Shown: in pieces, positions 41,106 to 54,251 of the stretch
How positions within the stretch are numbered: the stretch's first letter is position 1
Layout of the letters: each line of letters opens with the position of its first letter
Assembly (NCBI GenBank): GCA_951406725.2
Contig: OX597837.1
Coordinates: 35,588,001-35,652,000, forward strand
DNA from: Octopus vulgaris
Lineage: Eukaryota
Length of the DNA: 64,000 bases
Reading direction: 5' to 3'
Program-made: the position numbers and the translations under genes
The notes under the pieces: generated by a model
What the model was told of the DNA's origin: nothing
Database searches by the model: none
The model's input: only the letters and a program-made list of their open reading frames with translations

Positions 41106-41677
41106 TATAGCTCCCCCCATTCACGTTAGTGCATTTAAGTTCTTTGTTTTTTTTTCTATTAATGTATGGATTCTAAGTTAAAAACATAAACCTTAGCATC
41201 ACACACACACACACACCAATTAACTCCACCGGTACCACCACCACCACCACCACCACCACCACAATTCTAATCACCTTTGAGCAGAGGGAATATTATGTGA
41301 AATGTGTGTGTGTGTATGTGGGGGGTAGATTATGTCAGGTGTAGGTGAGAGGGTGTGTGTGTGTGTGTGAGGAGGTCTTTAGAAATATATTAACCAAGTC
41401 TTACCTCTGCTGCCCTCCCCTGTCCCCACACCCCTTTTCTCTCTCTTTAAGCCAGTTCACCTGCTCCCCCGCCACTACCAGCACCACCCCCTGTGAAATT
41501 CATTTACTCTGATCCCCTCCCTCCCTCCTCCCTCGCCTCTCCCTCCCTTTCACTCAATGGAGCAGATTCTTTAAAGTTCAGTAAAAACGAGGTGTGGGGA
41601 GTCTAAGGATGGTGTGTGTGTGTTTGGTGGGGTGGGGTGATTTTTGTTACCACTACCACCACTACTACTACTACTAT

Positions 41678-41724
<47 letters not shown>

Positions 41725-41956
41725 GTACCACCACCAACACCACCAGTACTATTACCACCACCACCACCACCACTACTGCTACTACTACCACCAACACCAC
41801 CACCACCACCACCACCACCACCACTACTACTACCACCACCACCACCATCACCACCACCACCAGCACCACCACTACTACTACCACCACCACCACCATCACT
41901 ACTACTACCACCACAATCACTACTACTACCACCACCACCACTACCACCACCACCAG

Positions 41957-42016
<60 letters not shown>

Positions 42017-42458
42017 CACCACTACCACCACCACCACCACTAGCAGCACCCCCCCACCCAAATTTCTAAGATGTTTGAACAGAGCTGAAGAGAGGGATTG
42101 CCAAATAGGTCTTGTGTGTGTGTCTGTGCATGTGTGTGTGTGTGTCTCTGTGTGTGTGTGTGTGTGTGCAGTGGTGGATTAGGGTATGTTAATTGTTCAG
42201 AACAGAACAGAAGCATTTCCGTGACCAGACGCTCCATGTGTGTGTGTGTGGTAGGGGTGCTTAACATAATCTTTGCTTGCTAATGAATTCTATATGTGTG
42301 TATGTGCAGATGTATGTATGTTTATTTATATATATGTGTGTGTGTGTGTGTATATATATATGTATATATATATGTATATATATATATAGGTATATATATA
42401 TGTGTGTGTTTGTGTGTGTATATATATATATATATGTATATATATAGGTATATATATA

Positions 42459-42521
<63 letters not shown>

Positions 42522-42849
42522 CATCATCATTGTTTAACATCCGTTTTCCATGCTGGTATGGGTTGGACAGTTTGACTGGGGTCTGGGAAGCCAGAAGTCT
42601 GCACCAGGCTCCAGTCTGGTCTGGCAGTGTTTCTACAGCTGGATGCCTTTCCTAACGCCAACCACTCTGTGAGTGTAGTGGGTGCTTTTTATGTGCCATT
42701 GGAGGCTGGCAATGGCCACGATCGGTTGGTGCTTTTACATGCCACCAGCATGGAAGTCAGTCAAGGCGGCGCTGGCATCGGCCATGTTCGGATGGTGCTT
42801 TTTACGTGCCACCGGCACAGGTATCACAACTACAATTTCCATTTGTAGG

Positions 42850-43636
42850 ATTCATAGAAGATGTCCAAGATGCTCTCGTAAGGGTGTATGCATGTGGCAG
42901 TGGAAGCTGTTGGTTTTCGGATCAATGCTGGCAAAACCAAAGTGATGATATTTCTGGTCATAGCAGATGACTGGCAGCCAATCGTTCTTGAGGGCATGGA
43001 GCTGGAGGATGTTGAGTCCTTCATCTACCTGGGTTCAACAGTGGTTCCAATGGGCCAGGGCGCAGCCGAGGTCGAGCGTCGCGTAGCTGCTGCCGGATCC
43101 ACATTCGTGCGCCTCTGGCCATCATTCGTACTATCCTCCTCTATGGTTGTGAAACATGGCCTATGAGGGTAGTCGACCAGCGAAGGCTGGAGGTGTTTGA
43201 CAATGACTGTCTCCACTGCATTTTTCCCTGCCAACGCATTGACCGGGTTCCTACAGCCGGTCTTCGTCATCGCCTGAATCTCTGGCCTCTCCCTTCGGTA
43301 CTTCTACAATGGCGCTTAAGGTAGTTCGGTCATGTGGCCCGGTGTCCAGAGGGTGAGCTGATTCGTGATGTCCTCCTCCCACCTCCACTTCCCAGCTGGA
43401 GCAAACGCACGGGCGGGCAGCGGAAGACCTGGGCAATGACGATAAAAGAGGACCTCTCTGAACTATCAGGTCCACAGGTGGTCGATCTGCGCAGATGGAA
43501 CTGCGAATGGCTCGCTATCTCCAGTGACCTTGCACAGGACTGTCGAGTGTGGGCTGCCATGGTTCGTGATGCCACCAGGACCAGAGAAGAAGCTGGCTCA
43601 ACCCGCCCTGGGTGAACGCCGTCACAAGTACAAGTA
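42850..43636 (+). pseudogene. Degenerate RTE-clade LINE ORF 3' portion
   Basis: GFRINAGKTKVM..LEDVESFIYLGS..ILLYGCETWP..RRLEVFDNDCL..GGQRKTW; frameshifts; short caagta tail. Confidence 0.8.
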
Positions 43637-43959
43637 TGCCATGCAAATTTATGTTCCAAATAAATACCAGATTAATAATAATAAATTTTTCATAAAATTA
43701 AATAAATAAATGAAGACACATACAATAGAAATACAAAATGGCTGACCGTTAGTAAGGAGAGACACACAAATAAGAAAGAAGAAAGCAAAGGACCACTGGT
43801 GAGGTCACAGGAGTGTGACGAAAGAACTCTGGCCAAAATAAGATTAAGATTAATGTAAAAAATGAATAACTCTGACGCAAAGTAACACCAAATATATAGT
43901 GTGTGTGTTTTTATTGGCTTAACTGGCAAAATGACCATTCCGAAATACAACAATAAATT

Positions 43960-44325
43960 TTTCATTATTTTCAAAATTTAGCGAAACAAACTCTGTGTAT
44001 TTCAACAGAAATATGGTAACAGAAGGGTTAAAGTGATCTAAAATAAAACCTTCCATCAAAATTTATGTTTCAAACACCAATTTAAAGACAAAGTTATTAT
44101 AGTAAATTCTTTATTTCTTTCAAAATCGAAACAAAAGCAGAGTGTTTTGTCACAAATATGGTAAGAAAAGGGCTAAAGTGAACTAAATCAAAATCTATCA
44201 AAATTTTGTTAATTTATGTTCCACATTCTGGCTTAATAATGACAAAGTTATTTTAGTGAATTCTTCATTATTTTCAAAATTAATTGAAATATGTTTCAAT
44301 AGAAATACAGCAACAGGAGGATTAA
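43960..44325. repeat. Degenerate ~135-bp AT-rich tandem repeat (~3 units)
   Basis: Recurring aatatggtaa..aagggttaaagtga.ctaaa..gacaaagttatt..ttcaaaat. Confidence 0.6.
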
Positions 44326-45284
44326 GCCTGATTAGAATTTGGTAAATTGCTGCCATTGGATACCCTGTATGGGCAACGGTGTCACAAGAACTAACACCTG
44401 ACATGGTTTATTTCAACTACTATATTTTTTTGCAATCATTTCGTAATTCTTCTACAATCTATTGCAATCTGGAATGAAACATTTAAAATTTAATTTCTTA
44501 AGCATCTAATATACAAAGTAATTAGCTCTTAATTTGTGATACTTATTAAGATATAATGTTACAAAAATGGTCTCAGTTTTTGTGCCTAACCCTGTCTACG
44601 TGCATCCAAACATACATACGTGTATGTGTATGTATACACGTGTATATATATATACATACACACACACTTCTTGCATGAGTAATGTAGAGTAATGTTTATT
44701 AATAGAAAATCTTAAATCTTACAGCACTCACAGTCTGTCTCTGTATGTGAGTGTTTGTGTGTGTGTGTGTCTTGCTTCCCAACTACATGGTTCCAGGTTC
44801 AGTCCCACTGCGTGGCACCTTGGGCAAGTGTCTTCTGCTATAGCCTCGGGCCGACCAAAGCCTTGTGAGTGGATTTGGTAGACGGAAACTGAATGAAGCC
44901 TGCCGTATAGATGCATATATTTATCTATGTGTATGTGTCTTTGTGTCTGTGCTTGTCCCCCTCTCCCACCTGACAACTGGGACTGGTATGTTTATGTCCC
45001 TGTAACTTAGCGGTTCATCAAAGGAGACTGATATAATAAAAAGTAAATACTGGGGTTGTTACATTTGACTGAAAATTCTTCAGAGTAGTGCCCCAGCATG
45101 GCTGCAGTCTAATGACTGAAACAGGTAAAAGATACTATCAACCACATGGCTCTGGGTTCAGTCCTATTGCGTGGCACCTTGGGCAAGTGTCTTCTACTAT
45201 AGCCTCGGGCCGACCGAAGCCTTGTGAGTGGATTTGGTAGACGGAAACTGAAAGAAGCCCATTGTATATATGTATATATATATG

Positions 45285-45317
<33 letters not shown>

Positions 45318-45526
45318 ATATGTTTGTGTGTCTGTATTTGTCCCCCCAACATTGCATGACAACCGATGCTGGTGTGTTTACATCCCCGTAACTTAGCGGT
45401 TCGGCAAAAGAGACCGATCGAATAAATACTAGGCTTACAAAGAATAATTCCTGGGGTCGATTTGCTTGACTAAAGGCGGTGCTCCAGCATGGCCACAGTC
45501 AAATGACTGAAACAAGTAAAAGAGTA

Positions 45527-46540
45527 GACAGCAATTCTACATGATAGTGGGACATGGGCCCTGAATGCAGAGGGCATGCGAAGGTTTGAAAGGAATGAGG
45601 ACAGTATGCTCTGCTGGGTGTGTAATGTAAGTGTACATGTTTGACAGGGTGCAAGTGTTTTGAGAGAGAAATTCGGCATGGAAGGAATTGGTTGCTGTGC
45701 ACAAGAAGAGAAGACTGCACTGGTTTGGTCATGTGATGTACTGATCTCTGAAAGTGGATGGAACATGTGGAAGTGGGGAAACCCTAGAAGACATGGGATG
45801 AGGTACTGAAGAAAGGCCTCAGGAAGCTGAAGCTTTCAGGTAAGATGAGAAGGGACTGAGACACCTGGTGCCTGGCCTTACTCAAGAAACCCGTGCCCTG
45901 CAGCAGAAGTGCTAAGACTGATCCTTCAGGTGGAGTAAAGCACTTGTAGTGGCGTCATGTAAAAGTGCCCGTGCAGCGTCACATAAAAGGGCCCATACAG
46001 CACCATGTAAAAGTGCCCATGTAGCGTCATATAAAAGGGCCCATACAGCACCATGTAAAAGTGCCCATGTAGCGTCACATAGAAGGGCCCATACAGCACC
46101 ATGTAAAAGTGCCCATGTAGCGTAACATAGAAGGGCCCATACAGCACCATGTAAAAGTGCCCATGTAGCGTCACATAGAAGGGCCCATACAGCACCATGT
46201 AAAAGTGCCCATGTAGCGTAACATAGAAGGGCCCATACAGCACCATGTAAAAGTGCCCATGTAGCGTCACATAGAAGGGCCCATACAGCACCATGTAAAA
46301 GTGCCCATGTAGCGTAACATAGAAGGGCCCATACAGCACCATGTAAAAGCGCCTGTGTGGCACCAAGTAAAAGCACTCAGCACACTCTATAAAGAGGTTG
46401 GCATGTTAGGAAGGGCATCCAGCTGTAGATGCCATGCCAAGTCAGACTGGAGTCTGGTGCTGCTCCTCAGCTTGCCAGCTCCGGTCAAACTGTCCAACCC
46501 ATGCCAGCATGGACAACAGACTTTAAATGATGATGATGAT
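45527..46540 (+). mobile_element. RTE LINE 3' end: ORF relic, 48-bp minisatellite, then the common (GAT)n-tailed 3' module
   Basis: LHDSGTWALNAEGMRRFERNEDSMLCWVCNV..; continues into ggaagggcatccagctgtaga..ccaacccatgccagcatgga..(gat)n. Confidence 0.7.
45956..46372. repeat. 48-bp minisatellite, ~8.5 copies, two 24-bp subunits
   Basis: catgtaaaagtgcccatgtagcgt(c/a)acatagaagggcccatacagcac. Confidence 0.9.
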
Positions 46541-46787
46541 ACATGTCTGTGTATGCATGTATGTATATATACACACATGCACACAGATATGTGTGTTGAA
46601 TGAGATCACCTAAATATAGGAAACAAGGAAAATATAAATGCCAGGTGAAATAGGTGTATATATATATAGGCACACACACACACATATATACACACACATA
46701 TATATCTATATATATATATATATATATATAAATATGTAACAGAGAGAGAGAGGGAGAGATAGTGACGCAGATAAACATGATTAAGCT

Positions 46788-46822
<35 letters not shown>

Positions 46823-46950
46823 AATAAAAATATATGTATATATACACACACGTGTGTGTGTGTGTGTGTGGACTAATAAATTTACAAAGACCATAAAAAA
46901 TACCGAATACTTAGGAGAGAATACATACTTTTTCAACTCGACAGCTCTGT

Positions 46951-46985
<35 letters not shown>

Positions 46986-47808
46986 TGCGAACACACATAC
47001 TCAAACGCACACATACATCCATACATGTATACAGACACACATACACACGCAAATATATATATATATATATATATACATACATGCACACATCCATTCTGTT
47101 ATTTTTCAGACTAATTAAATTCCCAAAAGCAAACAATTTGCAACAGTGATACTTAAAAAAAAAAAAAAAAAATAATAAAATAAAAATAAAAAACAATAAA
47201 AAAAAATAAAGAAAAGAAAAGAACAGAAATTGTCAATAACGAACAAAAACGAAGACTATAAATCAACCGTTCTCTCTCCCCTCCCCCCCATGCCTTTCAC
47301 TACCGATTCTATTTTACCTGTGATATATTTTTTTTTTTATGTTTTGTTTTCAATTTTTTTTGTTTGTTTTTGCTTTACCTTGTGTGTCATCTGCATATGT
47401 TGTAGATTACCGGAGGGCCCTGTCCCTCCCTCCCTACTTCCCACCCCCCTCTGCTCCCATCTGAAACTACGCCAACCTCTACCACCAACTGGGGAAATGT
47501 AATAAATGAGGAACACTAGAAATCTATGCGTGTGTATGTATATATATATATATATATATATACACTCATATACTTAATGTGTGTGTGTGTTATATGTACC
47601 TATATATTTGTATCTGTGTGTGGATACATGTGTGTGTTACATAATAAATATATATATATATATCTATATATATATATATAGATGTGTCTGTGTTTGTGCA
47701 TGTGTATATGTGCACATGCAGTTCTATGTGCATATACATACATATATACGTGCGCATATGTATATATATATTTATAGATATATATATATATACACACACA
47801 CAGAACAC

Positions 47809-47854
<46 letters not shown>

Positions 47855-47904
47855 GCGCACATATATATGTATGTATATGCACATAAAATATATATATTCG
47901 TGTG

Positions 47905-47947
<43 letters not shown>

Positions 47948-47952
47948 GTGTG

Positions 47953-47988
<36 letters not shown>

Positions 47989-48792
47989 CGTGTGTATTTA
48001 TATATATGTGTATTTATATATGTATATATATATATATGTGTGTGTATTTATATATGTATATATATATATATACATACATATATATGTGTATGTATGTATA
48101 TATTCGTGTGTATTTATTTGTATAGATGTATGTAATGTATATAAATAAATACACAATTTATATCTGTATTCGTATGTATTTATATGTATAGAATTTATAT
48201 AATGTTTGTACACACACAATATGTTTATATATGTGTATATATATATATGTATATAAATATAAAATAACATCCCCAAAATTAAATGCCATAGCAACCCCCC
48301 TCCCCCATCTCTCCCCCCTCTCTCTCTCTCCTTCTTCTTCTATTTAATTCCTCACTAAACTCAAAATGCTGTCCTATCTTAAGATCTTGGTTGTTCTTGG
48401 TTGCAACAAAATGGTAAAAGGTATTCTCCAAATCTGGCATTTTGGTTTTGCTTCTTTCTCAAAGACTTCACCTGATATGGAGCTGATATTCTCTGTGAGT
48501 CTTCCATTGGTTCACAATTTACATGCTTGTCTTCCATTTTCGAGAATTTGCTCATTTTCTATTTCTTTTTTTTTTTGTCGTTTTTTTTCTGAATTTTTTT
48601 TTTGTTGTTGCTGTTTTCTTTTTTTCGTTTTTTTGTTTCAATTTTTACTTTGTTTTTTTTTTTTGTTTTCTTTGGATATTTTTATGGGTTAATTTTGTTA
48701 TATAATTTACTATCTTAGATTTAGGGTCTGTCTGTCTGTGTGTCCCTTTCCATCTTCATTTGTTTCTCTCCATATGCTTTGTCCTCTTCATC

Positions 48793-49130
48793 CTCCTCCC
48801 CCTGCTCTTCCTCCCCCTGCTCTTCCTCCCCCTGCTCTTCCTCCCCCTGCTCTTCCTCCCCCTGCTCTTCCTCCCCCTGCTCTTCCTCCTCCTGCTCTTC
48901 CTCCCCCTGCTCTTCCTCCCCCTGCTCTTCCTCCCCCTGCTCTCCCTCCTGCTCTCCCTCCTGCTCTTCCTCCTCCTGCTCTTCCTCTTCCTGCTCTTCC
49001 TCTTCCTGCCCTTCCTCCTTTTCCTCCTTCTCCTCCTTCTCTTCCTCCTTTTCCTCCTCCTTTTCCTCCTGCTCCTTTTCTTCCTCCTGCTCCTCCTGCT
49101 CCTGCTCCTCTTCCTCTTCTTTCTCCTCTT
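48793..49130. repeat. 15-bp pyrimidine-rich minisatellite (cctccccctgctctt)n
   Basis: Direct inspection; other purine/pyrimidine tracts at 4560-5070, 20720-21010, 63725-63910. Confidence 0.9.
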
Positions 49131-49932
49131 TTAAAGTCCACTTTTCCATTCTTTCATAACTTGGATGGAATTCGTTGAGGTAGGTTTTCTGCAGCCTCTC
49201 TGCATCCAACATTGGTTTGTTTGCATCTTTGCTTAACTTCGCTGCTTGGCAGAAAAGAGATTCTTCCAATCACTTAATTGCTGTTAAATTGGTCCCTATC
49301 GTAAACGACCCTTAAAAAAACCGGTCCCTTGAAGCTTCATGGCTATTTTAAGTATTCATATATCATTGGCATTCTTAAGTAGGAAAACGCCCCTATTTTT
49401 TTTTTCTATATTCATATAAAATAGTTGAAGATGATGATGATATTTGTCTGTTATATCATAGCTTTCTGTGTGTAGCCCCTTGTAAAGAAATAGGTATGAG
49501 GTGATTTATGCTTCCCGCTGAGGAGATCCAACAAACCAAAGTCACATGATATGGGGATCCTGGCACCCGTGACACATGAACTTTGTCTACTACGATCTAT
49601 GTCTGTGCATTTATGCAACAAGTGCCTAAATGATAGGATCTCTCAAGGCTAATAATGCAGCATTTGGCATTCTATCAAGGCATCCATGTTAAGTTGGATA
49701 TACAGATTACCATTTGGTACTAACACTGTTTTCTTCATCATCATCATCATCATCAGCTTTCCATGCTGACATGGGTTGGATGGTTTCTTAAATCATTTAC
49801 AATCTGTCATGTATGCACACTGACATCACCCATCCAGTAGAGCATACTTAATTTCTAAACTTACAGTCGACAATACTAAAATAATTGTTGATAATTCGTA
49901 AATTATCATTTATATTTCTAAATCTTTCTATT

Positions 49933-50320
49933 TTAACCCTTTATTTCGATCCTATTTTTCTGTCAAAAGTAATGCTTATTTAGTCAAGTTGTTTTGAATT
50001 AATCCTGCATTGTCTTGTGGCTGTGAGATTTTGATGAGGTAACTGTCAATTTATACGACAATATTGTAGGGCTGGTGTGAGAGGCCAGATATGGCCACTT
50101 TGAACATAAAACAAGATGGTGAAGATGCCGACGACCGCTTTGTTCAAAGTCTCCCTTGACCTCAAGTGGCCTGAACTCTTTACATGAATACCACCCTGTA
50201 CATAACTCCATGTCTCCCTACATGGCCTTGCTTTTTGAGCCAAAAAATTAACTAAGTAACTAACTAAAACAAATAGAATATTTTGGCTGAATATGGACAG
50301 TTTAAATGCACAAGGTTTAA
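49933..50320. mobile_element. TTAA-flanked piggyBac-like MITE hosting the LINE fragment
   Basis: TTAA-CCCTT at left, AAGGT-TTAA at right. Confidence 0.5.
50115..50264 (+). mobile_element. CR1-type LINE 3' end ((TAAC)n family) with 8-bp TSD TAAAACAA
   Basis: Matches the 3' part of 19686-19894; TAAAACAA at 50107-50114 and 50265-50272. Confidence 0.8.
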
Positions 50321-50346
50321 AATCCTCATTCTTTTTTTCTTTGCAG

Positions 50347-50413
50347 GTTTTTTTGCCCCCCAAGAATGTTTCAAAATCGGTAGATTATTCTTAGTGGAAT
50401 ATATAATGGTGTG
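50347..50413 (+). promoter_or_regulatory. 5'UTR part of the first coding exon, with two uORFs
   Basis: ATG TTT CAA AAT CGG TAG at 50366-50383; ATG GTG TGA at 50406-50414, whose stop overlaps the main ATG (TGATG). Confidence 0.7.
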
Positions 50414-50719
50414 ATGGCACTGAAACCAGTGTTACGCAACAAGGTGGACGAACTCTTCCTCCATTGGTTGTCAGAGCCTGACACACAACAGTTACTCCGT
50501 CAGAACCTCTTGCAGATTGCCAAAGGGGACATAATCCCTCAGCTCTTGCCAGTGCTTGGTGTTGAGAGTTCTCCAAGAGGTATCCGAACGACCCCCCGAA
50601 TCTGTCCAGGATCACCGCCATGTGCTCCCGTCATCGGAAAGGTGTCCAGTCCAAGGAGTCCACGTCGGACGTATCTAAGTAAATCTGTCAGCACATCGAC
50701 CACATCTACTCATGTCCAG
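50414..50719 (+). CDS. PPP2R3B: First coding exon (102 aa) of serine/threonine phosphatase 2A regulatory subunit B'' (PR70/PR72-like)
   Basis: MALKPVLRNKVDELFLHWLSEPDTQQLLRQNL resembles the N-terminus I recall for PPP2R3B (LQPVLKMKVDELFLYWLSE..TQ), followed by a Pro/Ser-rich stretch with SSPR. Acceptor ctttttttctttgcag ends 50346; in-frame TAG at 50381 upstream of the ATG; phase-0 donor CAG|gtaagt at 50720. No later exon recognised in the window. An invertebrate gene would be co-orthologous to PPP2R3A/B. Confidence 0.88.
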
Positions 50720-51559
50720 GTAAGTCGTATGCATCTTCAACGAGGGGTCAGGGTGTGGGTGCTTGGGCACCACATCCTCTGGGCTCCACTGATGAAATAA
50801 GGGACCAGAGGATGTGGTGACTTGTTGTACTTGATTAAACACATGAAGGAAAATAAAAATTTAAAAAAAATAAGAAATAAGTGGAAATTTTACTGGTGAA
50901 TGTGTTACATTAAAAGGCACAAAAAGAAAATGACTCTCCCCAGACACAACAGAATATGCTTCAACACACAAACTCATATAAAGAATCTGGCAAACCAAAT
51001 CCCAAAACGAAAAATAATTTAAGAATTTTTCAACAATTATTTTAGGATTGTCGACTGTAATTTTAGAAATTAAGTATGCTTTAGAAATTAAGCTGCATGG
51101 CCACAAAGTTGGCTCTTTGTAAATATGAGGTTTTGGGTTCCATCTCACTGCATGGCACCTTGGGCAATTTTTGTCTGCTGTAGCCTCTGCTTGACCAATA
51201 AATAACTTGTGAGAGTGGAATTTGATTGAGGGGAATCTTCAGAAACCTGTTGCATCTATCTATCTATCTGTTTGTCTGTCAGTTTTTCTTTCTCTCTTTC
51301 TCATGTAATGTCTCTTTTCCATGCTGGCATGGGTTGAACGGTTTGAGAAGGAGAGGAAAGTCAGAAGAGTACACCAAGCTCTGTTGTCTGCTGTGGCATG
51401 GCTTTTCCTTGCCCTTCCTAATGCCCACCACTTTTGTCTGCCGTCGCATGGCTTTTCCTTGCTCTTCCTAATGCCCACCACTTTAGAGACTGTGTTGGGT
51501 GCTTCTTATGTGGAACCAGCACCAGTGAAGTTAGCAAGTGACTTGCAGGACAAGACCCC

Positions 51560-52975
51560 TGAACTGAAAGAAGGGAGTTGTATCAAGGAGCAGAAAAAGT
51601 GTCTTGCATTCCTGAAAACCTCCACAAAGTACTCTATGTTGCCTGCCTGGCCAGAGGGAACCCAGTGGATATAGATGATGGCCTTACTGTTGAAAAAGAG
51701 ATCATCGACCTGTTTTGGCTGGTCTCCTTGGGTCTTGGGCAACCAGGATGCATGATTGCATCATCCACACTCTCAACAGTGCGCCTTTAAATATGGTTTC
51801 TGATTATAAATATCTTGGGTCATACATATCATCATCTGGAAAAGACTTTCTAACTAGAAAGGGTATGGCCTGGTCAGCCTGTAATGATATGCATAAGATC
51901 TGGTCATCAAATCTAAGTAGAGACTTCAAAGTTGAAATATTCAAAGCCACAGTCGAACCAATTCTACTATATGGCTCAGAAACCTGGACGTTATCAAAGA
52001 AGCTTGAGAGGAGGTTGGATGGAACTTCATCATCTGGAAAAGACTTTCTAACTAGAAAGGGTATGGCCTGGTCAGCCTGTAATGATATGCATAAGATCTG
52101 GTCATCAAATCTAAGTAGAGACTTCAAAGTTGAAATATTCAAAGCCACAGTCGAACCAATTCTACTATATGGCTCAGAAACCTGGACGTTATCAAAGAAG
52201 CTTGAGAGGCGGTTGGATGGAACCTACACTCGCCTCCTTATGAGAACTAAAAATCTCTCGTGGAAGCGCCATCCAACCAAAATGCAAATATATGGGAAAC
52301 TACCACCTGTATCATCTCTTGTGAAAGGTAGGAGAGTCCAGTTTGCTGGACATTGTTGTAGAGCTGAAAAAGAGGCAATTTCTACTCTTCTCCTCTGGAA
52401 GCCATCTACTCGCAATACCAGAGGGCGCACACTCTCCTACCCTGATGTAATCTCCAGGGATACAGGCATCCAGCAACAGGACCTCCGTAATGCTATGATG
52501 GACCGTGAAGTCTGGCGTAACATAGTAAATTCCATTGTCTCGACCACGGTCGAACAATGATGATGATGATGAGGATGCTTCCATTGGTCAGTCTGTCTCT
52601 TGCTTTCTGGCTCATAACAGTACATCCAACAGTACATCACGGGTCACCAGAGACTCAAATACTCTTGGGTTGAATGTAATGAGCTCAACCATGTCTCTGC
52701 TGTCACCAAAGTGTCTTTCCTTTTGCTTCTAACTGGTAAGAAACTGTGCACAAATTAAGCACCTGTACAGATCTTCTTGAATAATATGGTATATGATTGC
52801 CACACCAACCCCAAAAGCATGCGTGTTGTCTTTGTAGACTCTCGGTGGTCCTCATCCAGAAAATTGTGTATTTTCTCAACTGGCGCTGATATTCTGACCT
52901 CCGTCTCCCTTTCATACATCTTGTCATCTCTCACCTCCTCTCTACCATTCTTGAATCTCTTGTGCCAAAAGAAAA
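51560..52975 (-). pseudogene. Mariner transposase relic interrupted by the RTE insertion
   Basis: WHKRFKNGREEVRDD; WMYCYEPESKRQTDQWKHP|GCPRPK rejoined across the TSD; FFNSKAIIYIHWVPSGQAGNIEYFVEV. Confidence 0.8.
51752..52571 (+). mobile_element. RTE-clade LINE 3' fragment, (TGA)n tail, 7-bp TSD AGGATGC, internal 198-bp duplication
   Basis: DYKYLGSYI..ILLYGSETWTL..QFAGHC..DREVWR motifs; TSD at 51745-51751 and 52572-52578. Confidence 0.9.
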
Positions 52976-53017
52976 GCTGATGGTCGTCTCATACAAGTTG
53001 ATCCATAAGCATATATA

Positions 53018-53430
53018 GGCGCAGGAGTGGCTGTGTGGTAAGTAGCTTGCTAACCAACCACATGGTCCTGGGTTCAGTCCCACTGCGTGGCACCTTGGGC
53101 AAGTGTCTTCTGCTATAGCCCTGGGCCGACCACTGCCTTGTGAGTGGATTTGGTAGACAGAAACTGAAAGAAGCCTGTCGTATATATGTATATATATGTA
53201 TGTATGTGTGTGTATTTATGTGTATTTGTGTGTGTCCTCCTAGCATTGCTTGACAACTGATGCTGGTGTGTTTGCGTCCCCGTCACTTAGCGGTTCGGCA
53301 AAAGAGACCGATAGAATAAGTACTAGGCTTACAAAAGAACAAGTCCCGGGGGTCAATTTGCTCGACTAAAGGCAGTGCTCCAGCATGGCCGCAGTCAAAT
53401 GACTGAAACAAGTAAAAGAGTAAAGAGAGT
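53018..53430 (+). mobile_element. SINE family A
   Basis: Same structure as 58728-59130. Confidence 0.85.
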
Positions 53431-53612
53431 AAGCAATGTGGAGTATGACATAAGTTTCTCGAGTGTTTGTTGCCCGGTTAGACGCAAGAAGACTTGTTGC
53501 ATTTTGAGCTTCCAGATTTCCTTCACGACACTCAACTGCATTCTACAAACTAGTCAATTGTGACAAGCAGTGTTTGGGAGGGTGTGTTTAACGTGCTGTT
53601 ATGTATATGTAA

Positions 53613-53645
<33 letters not shown>

Positions 53646-53971
53646 ATGCTATTATAGTAAATGATACTAGTCATTAAAAACAATACAGAATGAGAAACAT
53701 TTGTAGTGATATACATACATACATACATGCATATTTGTATAAATACATATATAAGTTGCCTTGTTAATCTACAAATAAAATGTGTGTGTGTATATGTCTG
53801 TATGTATGTATCTTTGTATGTGTGTGCATGTGTGCATATGTATGTGTATGTATGTATATGTATTTCTATATATGTATATGTATGTATATGTATATAGCTG
53901 CATATATATATATATATATATATATATGTCTTTGTGTATGTATATATGTATGTGCATACATACATGTATGA

Positions 53972-54014
<43 letters not shown>

Positions 54015-54220
54015 ATATATATATATATATATGGTTAGGGAGCTTGCTTCCTAGCTACATGGTTTCAGGTTCAATCCCACTGCGTGGCACTTTGGGTAGG
54101 TGTCTTCCACTATAGCCCCGAGCCGACCGAAACTTTGTGATTGAATTCGGTAGGTGGAAGTTACTGCCGTGTGTGTATGTGTGCGTATAGCTGCTCAGTG
54201 CCTCTCCGAAAGAGAGAGAG

Positions 54221-54251
<31 letters not shown>

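Noticed and set aside
45956-46372. CRISPR-like appearance of the 48-bp array (also the 50-bp and 251-bp arrays)
   Set aside because: No unique spacers, no cas genes, eukaryotic context.
48721-49269. Glu-rich 182-aa ORF on the - strand
   Set aside because: Derived from a 15-bp minisatellite; non-ATG start.
50720-50800. C-terminal 27 codons of ORF 50411-50800
   Set aside because: Read-through past a consensus donor; intronic.
53018-53090. tRNA gene-like A/B boxes
   Set aside because: SINE heads; no complete cloverleaf, always followed by the SINE body.
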